A stretch of DNA of 20,000 bases. Origin: an uncultured virus (IMG/VR IMGVR_UViG_3300001348_000010). Its lineage: Duplodnaviria > Heunggongvirae > Uroviricota > Caudoviricetes. Each line of letters begins with the position of its first letter. Position 1 is the stretch's first letter. The position numbers and the translations under genes were made by a program. The stretch covers positions 52,342-72,341 of the IMG/VR virus record IMGVR_UViG_3300001348_000010. One strand, 5' to 3'. Shown one piece after another: positions 1 to 9,000 of this stretch. Under the pieces are notes generated by a model that worked only from the letters and a program-made list of their open reading frames with translations, was not told the origin of the DNA and made no database searches.

Positions 1-2
1 CA

Positions 3-344
3 CTTACAGCTGGTGGTTTACTTGATCTAAGAAATAAAGGTCAAGCTGTAGTATATGAACTATATGGTCCAGATGGTAAGATGGATCCAGAAGTAACATT
101 TGATTTAGCTTGTAATATAGCAGAGATTGGTTTATTTGATAAACTTACACTAGACTATGATATATTTAATCCAGATGGTTCTATGAATGTTCAAATCATT
201 ATTGAGACACCAATAGTGACTAAGCCAGAATCAGTTACATTTAAAAGATTAGTACAGACTACATTTAATAATGGCTTACAATCAGCGGATAGTTTAGTAG
301 AATTAGAACCAAATCCTTCTAATACTAGCTTTAATCCTCGATAA
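3..344 (+). CDS. 3' end of an upstream gene (partial); hypothetical protein, by position possibly the C-terminus of a baseplate hub (gp5-region) protein
   Basis: The frame of the 81..344 ORF is open back to position 3 (LTAGGLLDLRNKGQAVVYELYGPDGKM...), so the true start lies before the window. The function is inferred only from its position upstream of gp25. Confidence 0.6.
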   Translation, partial: LTAGGLLDLRNKGQAVVYELYGPDGKMDPEVTFDLACNIAEIGLFDKLTLDYDIFNPDGSMNVQIIIETPIVTKPESVTFKRLVQTTFNNGLQSADSLVELEPNPSNTSFNPR

Positions 345-350
345 AACTCT

Positions 351-358
351 TATAAATA
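351..358 (+). promoter_or_regulatory. T4-type late promoter (gp55 sigma) TATAAATA
   Basis: Exact TATAAATA in the intergenic gap, ending 25 nt before the gp25 ATG. An AAGGA RBS lies at 373-377. The same CTTATAAATAAA context occurs at 3627-3638. Confidence 0.85.
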
Positions 359-383
359 AAAGCAATAGGTTTAAGGATAATTA

Positions 384-824
384 ATGGCTCGCATACTTTC
401 AATAGAGGATAAGGATCTAAATACGTCTAGTGTGGTTACATCTCGTAAGCTCAACTATTTAGATATAGACTTATCATTTGCAAATCGTCCGAGTGGTGAT
501 GTGTATAAGAAAAAAGATGCTGCAGCTGTGAAACAAGCAGTAAAGAACATCGTTGCAACTGGTAGACTAGAGAAACCATTTGAATCCGAATTTGGTGCAG
601 ACGTAACATCTTTATTCTTTGAACTAGCGGATAATAGAGCATCACGTGCCGTAAAACAAAATATTAGAAATGCTATCTATGTTTATGAGCCACGTGCCGA
701 AGTATTAAACATAGATGTAAATTTACAACCAGATAATAATTCACTTTCTGTAACTATTACCTTTAAGGTAGTCAGTTCGGAAGAAACTGTTACACTCAAT
801 ACCATCGTTTCGAGGTTAAGATAA
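384..824 (+). CDS. gp25: Baseplate wedge subunit gp25 (GPW/gp25 family)
   Basis: 146 aa with the typical gp25 motifs DIDLSF, AVKQAVKNIV.T...EKPF...FG and YEPRAEVL; lies immediately before gp6. Confidence 0.92.
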   Translation: MARILSIEDKDLNTSSVVTSRKLNYLDIDLSFANRPSGDVYKKKDAAAVKQAVKNIVATGRLEKPFESEFGADVTSLFFELADNRASRAVKQNIRNAIYVYEPRAEVLNIDVNLQPDNNSLSVTITFKVVSSEETVTLNTIVSRLR

Positions 825-825
825 T

Positions 826-2649
826 ATGGCTACAACAATTAAATCAACAGAACTTGACTTCAATACAATCAAGAACAATCTAAAAACAGAACTTGCATCT
901 AAGAGCGAGTTTGCTGACTATAACTTTGAAGCATCTGGTTTATCAAATATTCTTGATGTTCTTGCTGTGAATACACACTATAATGGATTAATTGCTAACT
1001 TTGCTTTGAATGAATCATATCTTTCTACAGCTCAGTTAAGAAGTTCATTGGTATCATTAGCAGAAGGTATTGGTTATATTCCAAAATCTAAGACTGCTTC
1101 AATGGCTACTGTTACACTATCAACTAACACTGGTGATTTATCAGGTAGACCTTCAACACTAGCTTTGGCTAGTGGTACTAAGTTTACTGCTTCAGTAGAT
1201 GATGTAACGTATACATTTCAGACTACAGAGACAGTAACCGCTACAGATAATGGTTACGGATACTATTCATACTTAACACCAGATGGTTCAACTAACATTG
1301 GAATCAAAGAAGGTATTGCTAAAACAAAAACATTCTTTGTAGGACGAGATAGTGTAGACGATGTGTATGTTATCCCTGATAAAAACATAGATATGGAAAC
1401 TGCGATTGTTAAAGTATACCAATCAGCAACTGATACAGCATTTACTTCATATATTAATATTGGTAAATCATCTACTATTAATGCCAATACTCGATTATAC
1501 ATTATGAAGGAAGCACCTAATGGATTCTATGAAATAACATTCGGAGATGGTATAACACTAGGTGCGGCACCTGAGGCTGGTAATAAAATTGTTATAGAGT
1601 ATCTACAAGTAAGTGGTTCTATTGCTAATGGAGCCAGTGCATTTATTGCTAAATCAAAGATTCAAGTATTAGGTTCAGACTATGATGTAAATACAGTTAC
1701 CTTTACTAATTCTATTGGTGGTGCGGAAGAAGAAACAATGTCTTCCATTCGTAAAAACGCACCATTTCAATATGCTACACAGAACCGTATGGTTACTGCA
1801 GTTGATTACTCTACATTGGTTTTATCTAACTTTGGTACACTTATCAAAGACATTCAAGCATTTGGTGGAGAAGACGCCTTAGAACCAGAGTTTGGTGTAG
1901 TATTCTTATCCGTTGTTTTTAATTCAGATGTAACAGCAGATACTATTACAACTACAAAGGATGCTATTACTGATCTATCTAAACAGTTATCGGTTGTGGG
2001 CTTTGATATTAAGTTTGAAGATCCCGTTACCACATTCATTGAGACAGAGATATTCTTCCAGTTTAACCCTAAACTTGGTTCACTATCTCTAAACAGTGTG
2101 CAAGATAATGTACAAACAGAAATTAATAATTACTTTTCTAGTAACATTGGTAAATTTAACCAGACATTCCGTAGATCAAATTTATTGTCTGACGTTGATG
2201 AAGTTAGTACATCTGTTCTATCTTCACGTGCTAACATTAAAGTTCAGCGTAGGTTTACTCCTACAACAGATACACTTCAAGATCATACTCTAAGGTATCC
2301 AGTTGATATTGCTGAACCAGATGATGTAAACTATATTATTACAACTACACCATTTCAGTTTAATGGTAAAACTTGTATTATTAGAAATAAACTAGGTTCA
2401 AATAAACTTCAAGTTGTTGCTCTTGGCGAACAATCAATAGAATCAGATAACATTGGTTCATATAATAACAAATCAGGTGTTATAAGTATTGTTGGATTAA
2501 GAATACAATCTGTTATAGGTGGAGATGCATTTATTAAAGTAACTGCAGTTCCAGCTAACCAATCAGCCATCAGTCCACTTAGAAATGATATTCTTGAGTA
2601 TGATGCTGGTCCATCTTTTGCTACTGGAGTTGTGGTTACAACCACATAG
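826..2649 (+). CDS. gp6: Baseplate wedge subunit gp6
   Basis: 607 aa with the T4 gp6-family motifs ELDFNTIKNNLK, FADYNFEASGLSNILDVLA.NTHYN, NESYLSTAQLRSS, FGDG and QNRMVTAVDY. Confidence 0.95.
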   Translation: MATTIKSTELDFNTIKNNLKTELASKSEFADYNFEASGLSNILDVLAVNTHYNGLIANFALNESYLSTAQLRSSLVSLAEGIGYIPKSKTASMATVTLSTNTGDLSGRPSTLALASGTKFTASVDDVTYTFQTTETVTATDNGYGYYSYLTPDGSTNIGIKEGIAKTKTFFVGRDSVDDVYVIPDKNIDMETAIVKVYQSATDTAFTSYINIGKSSTINANTRLYIMKEAPNGFYEITFGDGITLGAAPEAGNKIVIEYLQVSGSIANGASAFIAKSKIQVLGSDYDVNTVTFTNSIGGAEEETMSSIRKNAPFQYATQNRMVTAVDYSTLVLSNFGTLIKDIQAFGGEDALEPEFGVVFLSVVFNSDVTADTITTTKDAITDLSKQLSVVGFDIKFEDPVTTFIETEIFFQFNPKLGSLSLNSVQDNVQTEINNYFSSNIGKFNQTFRRSNLLSDVDEVSTSVLSSRANIKVQRRFTPTTDTLQDHTLRYPVDIAEPDDVNYIITTTPFQFNGKTCIIRNKLGSNKLQVVALGEQSIESDNIGSYNNKSGVISIVGLRIQSVIGGDAFIKVTAVPANQSAISPLRNDILEYDAGPSFATGVVVTTT

Positions 2650-2655
2650 AAATAT

Positions 2656-3624
2656 ATGTCACAACGAGATAAAACATTAAAAGATAATAATAGACGTAAT
2701 CTATTACTGCACGATTGTCATTCTATTCGTGAGGTTCTGCCTGCATATTTTCTTGAAGAGTATCCTAAACTTGTTAGCTTTCTTGAAGCCTACTATGAAT
2801 GGGAAGATAGCGGTAAGACTCCGTCAAAATTAATACATGACTTATTTCTAAACAGAGATATTACAGCAACAGACATTTCAAATCTTTCTTTCATTGAAGA
2901 TGAATTACTATTAGGTCAACAATACTTTGAAGGCTTTCAGAATAAAAGATCAGCAGCTAAGTATTCTAACACACTATATAGATCAAAGGGTACACTCTTT
3001 TCTATTGAACAATTCTTTAGATCATTCTTTAGTATCTCTCCAGATGTTGTATATACAAAAGAAAACATATTTAATGTTGGAGAGAATACATCACTTATAG
3101 GACCAGAGTCACTCAAGTATCTTGTTGATGATAAACTATATCAGAAGTATGCACTATTAGTTAAAGCGCCTATTCCTATTAGTCAATGGAAAGAAGCATA
3201 TAAGTTATTTGTACACCCAGCCGGTATGTACATTGGTGGAGAAGTTCAGCTTGTAAGTCAGAATGTTAATGATCTTTTAGTTATGCCAGATGTTATAATT
3301 GCTGATCAGTTTGATCCAATATACGAAGGTGTTGCTACAGCAGGGCTTGAAGCACAATTAGATATTACTGGTCTGAGACCACGTGGTGTGTTCTTAGATA
3401 GTGATACACGTATAAGTCTTAATGGTCAAGTTGAAGATTATGCTACACGTACAATTGAAGAGATTGGCAGAAACTATGATACTATAGAAGAATGGATTGG
3501 TACTAACTCACCAACATTCGATGAAGACTCAGCAGTCGGTGATCCATATGCACCAAGAATGTCTACAGAATTAGATACGTTCGACGAAGTTAATTACATT
3601 TGGTATGACTCAGACTCAGCCTAA
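2656..3624 (+). CDS. gp7: Baseplate wedge subunit gp7-like (compact form)
   Basis: EYPKLVSFLEAYYEW, LYRSKGT..SIEQFFR and VHPAGM motifs are characteristic of gp7-like proteins of T4-like phages; follows gp6. Confidence 0.8.
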   Translation: MSQRDKTLKDNNRRNLLLHDCHSIREVLPAYFLEEYPKLVSFLEAYYEWEDSGKTPSKLIHDLFLNRDITATDISNLSFIEDELLLGQQYFEGFQNKRSAAKYSNTLYRSKGTLFSIEQFFRSFFSISPDVVYTKENIFNVGENTSLIGPESLKYLVDDKLYQKYALLVKAPIPISQWKEAYKLFVHPAGMYIGGEVQLVSQNVNDLLVMPDVIIADQFDPIYEGVATAGLEAQLDITGLRPRGVFLDSDTRISLNGQVEDYATRTIEEIGRNYDTIEEWIGTNSPTFDEDSAVGDPYAPRMSTELDTFDEVNYIWYDSDSA

Positions 3625-3628
3625 CCCT

Positions 3629-3636
3629 TATAAATA
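3629..3636 (+). promoter_or_regulatory. T4-type late promoter TATAAATA
   Basis: Exact TATAAATA in the 40-nt gap between the gp7 stop (3624) and the next ATG (3665). Confidence 0.85.
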
Positions 3637-3664
3637 AAGATAATAGATTTGGATAGAGATTAAA

Positions 3665-4657
3665 ATGGCAAGACAAGATATAGCCCGAGGCACAGCCGCT
3701 AATGACGGAACCGGTGATACACTACGTGTTGCTGGTCTAAAGATTAACCAAAACTTTGCTGAGCTGTACCAATTGCTCGGTGGTGACTCTGCTGAGTTAA
3801 GTGCTGGTGTTTCATTAACAGATCAAGGTGTTCTTTTTGAAGGCACTAACGTTGATGATCACGAAACAACATTAACAGCTGGTAACCCATCTGCTGATAT
3901 ATCATTAGCATTACCTACAGCGGGTACTGAACTAATCTCTAATAGTGCAACACAGACACTAACCAATAAGACATTAACATCAGCTGTTCTTACAACACCA
4001 AAGATTAATGATACATCATCTAATCATCAATACATATTTGCTGCAAGTGAATTATCTGCAAATAGAACTGTTACATTACCTTTATTAGGTGGTGGTGATA
4101 CATTTGTATTTCAAGCACATACACAGACATTAACTAATAAGACATTAACTTCACCTCTTATCAATACTGGTAAGATTGGCGCTAGTATTAATGATACTAA
4201 TGGCGCAGAGTTAATTAAAGTAACAGCAACTGCTAGTGCAGTAAACCAAGTATTAGTTGCCAATGCTGCAACTGGTAATGCTCCATCTATTACAGCTGAC
4301 GGAGATGATACTAATGTAAGTCTTATACTTGGATCTAAAGGTACTGGTGCTGTTAATATCAATAACAAAGTTGTGCATCGTGAACACTTTATGACAGGCG
4401 ACGGTGCTGTAAACTTAACAATTCCTCTTACAATCTTTAATGCTTCATCAGCACTTGCTATTACAATGGCAGATGGAGTTATTACTGGTGAGACTAAATA
4501 CTTTGTAAATAGAGGAACAGGTACTGCTACAGTAACAATAACAAGCTTAGTAGGTACAGGTAACCCATCAACAGTAGCATTTGCGGCACATGAAGCTGGT
4601 TTCATGATGTGGGATGGTGCAAACTGGCACTTAGCCTCTAAAACAGTTGCTTCTTAA
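3665..4657 (+). CDS. gp9: Baseplate wedge/tail-fibre connector, gp9/gp10-family N-terminus with a fibre-like C-terminal part
   Basis: The N-terminus MARQDIARGTAANDGTGDTLRVAGLKINQNFAELY matches the DGTGD.LR..G.KIN.NF.ELY signature of T4 gp9/gp10. Contains two TQTLTNKTLTS repeats. Confidence 0.75.
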   Translation: MARQDIARGTAANDGTGDTLRVAGLKINQNFAELYQLLGGDSAELSAGVSLTDQGVLFEGTNVDDHETTLTAGNPSADISLALPTAGTELISNSATQTLTNKTLTSAVLTTPKINDTSSNHQYIFAASELSANRTVTLPLLGGGDTFVFQAHTQTLTNKTLTSPLINTGKIGASINDTNGAELIKVTATASAVNQVLVANAATGNAPSITADGDDTNVSLILGSKGTGAVNINNKVVHREHFMTGDGAVNLTIPLTIFNASSALAITMADGVITGETKYFVNRGTGTATVTITSLVGTGNPSTVAFAAHEAGFMMWDGANWHLASKTVAS

Positions 4658-4668
4658 GGACATAGACA

Positions 4669-6006
4669 ATGACAGCTATTATAACAGATAAACTCAAAAA
4701 ACAATTACTACTAAACATCATTGAAGATGTAGATAGTGCAGCTAATAATTACTTTATTGGTATAGGAAGATCAGAGGCTTGGAATGAAACCGATGCTGCT
4801 CCTGCTCCTCAGAATAGCTTGCGTGATCAACGTAATTTAGGATTGAGTTTACAATCTGTAAAAGGCATTGCAGATAAATCTTTATGTGTACCAAGGACAG
4901 ATTGGTCATCTGGTGCAATATATTCTTCTTATAATGATAATATTCAAGGACATCCAGTATCGTCTTACTATGTCTTTACTGATGAGAATCACGTATATAT
5001 TTGTCTACAGCAAGGTAGAAATGCGGCGGGAACTGGTGTTAACTCCACTGTTAAACCAACAGGGACTAGCGCCAATGCATTTAAAACAGCAGACGGTTAT
5101 GTATGGAAATTCTTATATTCTATTGGTGCATTAACAGCCAATAAATTCTTATCATCTAACTTCCTTCCTGTTACAAAGATTGTCTCGGTTGATTCTGATT
5201 CACCAGCTTCTATTTCTGAACAAAAAGGAATACAAGATGCGGCAATAGGTGGAGAGATTATTGGATATACAGTAACAGCCGGTGGAACTGGATACACTTC
5301 AACACCAACAGCTACTATTTCAGGTAACGGAACATCGGCTAAAGCTGATGTCACTATATCTGGTGGAGCTGTATCTAAAGTTGATGCTAGAGACTCAAGT
5401 GGATCCCTAGTATTTGGTTCTGGCTATACTTATGCTGAAGTCACATTAACAGGTGGCAGTGGTACTGGTGCAACAGTAAGGCCTATCTTTGGTACTAAAG
5501 ATGGTATGGGTGCAGATCCGAGAGATGATCTTAGAGCAAGAGCAATTATGTTCAATGCAAAACCAGATGGTACTGAAGCAGGTGACTTTGTTATCGGAAA
5601 TGATTTCCGTCAAGTTGCTCTTATTAAGAACCCTCTTACATATGCAAGTGCTAAGTTAACAAGTAATACAGGCAATGCATTAAACAAATTAAATCTATCA
5701 GCCATCAGTTCATCATTTAGTGCAGATAAAACTATACTAGGAGCTGACTCACTAGCTTTGGCTTATATAGATAAAATAGATTCAGATAATATATATTATC
5801 ATCAAAATGAGACAACAGGATTTGGTTCGTTCCAAAGCGCAGAAGCAATATCTGAAACAGATGGTTCCGGTGCTGGTGTTGTTGCAACAGATAGTGCGGG
5901 TGATTTTAACCCACTAACTGGTGATATTCTCTATATAGATAATAGAGCTGCAGTAACTAGAGTTGCAGAACAAACAGAAGACATTAAAATCGTTATTCAA
6001 TTATAA
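4669..6006 (+). CDS. gp8: Baseplate wedge subunit gp8
   Basis: 445 aa with VYICL, TADGYVWKFLYSI and NDFRQVALIKNP motifs and the C-terminal GDILYIDNRAAVTR..EQTEDIKIVIQL typical of gp8. A TAAGGA RBS lies upstream. Confidence 0.92.
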   Translation: MTAIITDKLKKQLLLNIIEDVDSAANNYFIGIGRSEAWNETDAAPAPQNSLRDQRNLGLSLQSVKGIADKSLCVPRTDWSSGAIYSSYNDNIQGHPVSSYYVFTDENHVYICLQQGRNAAGTGVNSTVKPTGTSANAFKTADGYVWKFLYSIGALTANKFLSSNFLPVTKIVSVDSDSPASISEQKGIQDAAIGGEIIGYTVTAGGTGYTSTPTATISGNGTSAKADVTISGGAVSKVDARDSSGSLVFGSGYTYAEVTLTGGSGTGATVRPIFGTKDGMGADPRDDLRARAIMFNAKPDGTEAGDFVIGNDFRQVALIKNPLTYASAKLTSNTGNALNKLNLSAISSSFSADKTILGADSLALAYIDKIDSDNIYYHQNETTGFGSFQSAEAISETDGSGAGVVATDSAGDFNPLTGDILYIDNRAAVTRVAEQTEDIKIVIQL

Positions 6007-6021
6007 TCGGTGTAGGAAAAC

Positions 6022-9000
6022 ATGGCAATAGATTTTACAAAAAACATTTTTGCGTCAACATATAAAGACGACTTTGCTGATAGTGATAACTATCATAGGA
6101 TTCTCTTTAATAATGGACGTGCCCTACAAGCCCGTGAATTAACGCAACTGCAAACTATTACTCAGTCTGAGATTTCTCGGATGGGTAGACATTTATTTAG
6201 AGAAGGTGCTGCTGTTAATCCAGGTGGTACTACTATTAATAATAAGTATGAGTTTATTAAACTAACTGGCGAATTACCTAGTTCAAGTATTATTGGAACA
6301 CAGTTTACTTCAGCATCCAACTCTATTATTGTAGAAGTGCTTGAAACCGTAGCAAGAGTATCTGATTTAGAACCAGCTACAATCTATGTTAAGTATGTAA
6401 GTACATCAGGTGGAACTAGTGGATCAACTCCTGTTAGAGTATCTGCAAGTGACACATTATCTGGTGGAGATGAAACTCTTACAGTACAATCTACAAATAC
6501 TGTTGCTAATCCAGCTACAGGTACCGGTACTAGAGTATCCATTCACGCTGGTGATTTCTTTGCTATAGATCGTTTTGTCTTTGCAAGAGAACAGTCAATG
6601 ATTTTATCTAAATACACTTCTGATCCAGAGGCAGTAATTGGATTTAAAGTAACTCAAGATATTGTTAGTGTTAATGATTTCCCTGCACTATATGATAACT
6701 CTGGTGCAACTCCTAATGTATCTGCACCTGGTGCTGATAGATATAGAATTAGACTTGATATAGCAGACAAAGCTAATGTTGCAGCTGATGAAAACTTTGT
6801 ATATGTTGCTAAAGTTGTTGATGGCATAGTAGTTACACAAGTTGATGGTACAGATTCTTACAATAAGATAGAAGACAGAATGGCCATCAGAACAAGTGAA
6901 GAGTCTGGTGACTATATCGCTAAAAGGTTTTCTGTTAGTTTTGATACTAGTGATTCGGATGAAAGTATATTAGACTTTGATATAACACCAGGTATTGCAT
7001 ATGTAGATGGCTATAGAGCTGTTATTAACTCACCACTTAAACTTTCAGTCAGTAAACCAAGAACAACTATTACAGAAAATAATAATGTAACAGCAGCTGC
7101 ATATGGGCAATATGTTACAGTATCTGCTAATAAAGGCTTACCTAACATTAATACATTTGCTCAAATTAATCTTTATCCTAATACAGCTGGTACTGGTGCA
7201 TTAATAGGTACTGCTAGAGTAAGAGCTGTAGAGGAAGATGGTTCGAACTATAGAGTATATCTGTTTGATGTACAAATTGCTTCTGGTAAAAACAAAAGAA
7301 ACACTAAATCACTTGGTACTGGTTCTACTGATTATATGACACTAGTTCTTGAAAACAGCAAAGCAGTATTTAAAGATGAAGGATCTACAAGTCTATTGTT
7401 CCCAGTCCCTGGAAATAGACCAAAAGTTATTACAGATATTAGTCTTGTAACACAAAGGTATAGAACAGCAGTTATATCAGGTGGAGCAGGTTCTATTACA
7501 CTAACAGCTACAGGCGAGACCTTTGCTGATACTAGTGNNTGGATTGCAGCACAAGCCGATTCAGATATAGATACAGGGTTTACTGCAAATGGATCTGGTA
7601 CAACAGCTAGTGCACTAGGTGGTGTTACAGATGGTACATATGAAATTCTTACTTATGTAAATAAGGCTGCAGGGACTGTTAGAACTAAGTCACTTACAGA
7701 AGTAACCGAAACAATTACACCAGATGGTTCTGGTAATTTAAACTTTACAAAAGCTGATATTAGTAGTATAGTTAGAGTTACTCTTGCTGACTCAGATGGC
7801 GCTGATCTAACAACATCTTATGACTTAGATAATGGTCAACGTGACTTTGCTTATCTAAATGGTAGAATGGTTAAGAAAGCCGGAGTTACTCAAACAGCTG
7901 ATGTGTTTGTAAGATATAAACACTTTACTCATGGTGCATCTGGTGATTTCTTTGCGGTTAACTCTTATACTGGTCAAACCAACTATGAAGATATTCCATC
8001 ATATACACAATCTAATGGCACAACAGTATCTCTAAGAAATGTTTTAGACTTCCGTTCAAGTGTTAATAGCTCAGGTAACTTTGGTTCAGGTGCTAAAATT
8101 AATGAGATGCCTAAGAATACAGGTCTCATCACATTTGATGCAGAGTATTATCTCGGTAAAAAAGTTCGTGTGACAATAGATAAAAATAGTTTTGTTGATG
8201 CTATTAGTGGTGCAGCTAGTGTTAATCCTCAATTACCACCAGCTCCAAACAATTCTCTGGATTTATTCCATGTTGATATGAATCCATATACAGTTAGTGA
8301 TACTGATATTACTTCAACTACTATCAGAGCTAAAAGATTTACTATGAAAGATATTGGTAAATTGGAAAATAGAATTGATAAAGTTGAAGAGGCTACATCA
8401 TTAAGCCTTCTTGAATTAGATACAGCATCATTTAATGTTCTTGATGCTACTAGTAATAATAGAACAAAATCTGGTTTCTTTGTAGATAACTTTGCTGATC
8501 AATCTAGGTCATATATGTCTGCTGATTATAATGCAGCTATTGATCCAGAAGCTAAGATTATGCGCCCTTGGTTCCAAGAAGCTAACCTTAGAATGATCTA
8601 TGACTCTGATCAATCTAGTAATACAATTCTTAAAGGTGATAGCGTATACCTAAAACATGATAATATAAATTATGTTGATCAACCTCTTGCAACAGAAGCA
8701 ATGAATATTAACCCATTTGCTGTTATCCTAAATGAAGGTTTTATTGATCTTTCACCATCATCAGATGAGTGGACTGCAGTCGACAGATTACCAGATCGTG
8801 TAGAAGACGGTGGATCAAGACTTGTTAATAATGGAGCATTACTCTGGAATACATGGCGATGGAACTGGATTGGACGAAATGATACACCAACCGAAGATTT
8901 AGCAACTAGAGATGCAGCACGAACAAGTATATTAGCAGTCAATAGAGTTGTTGCTTCAGAAACAGTTCGTGAATTTGTGAATGATCGTATACTAGATGTT

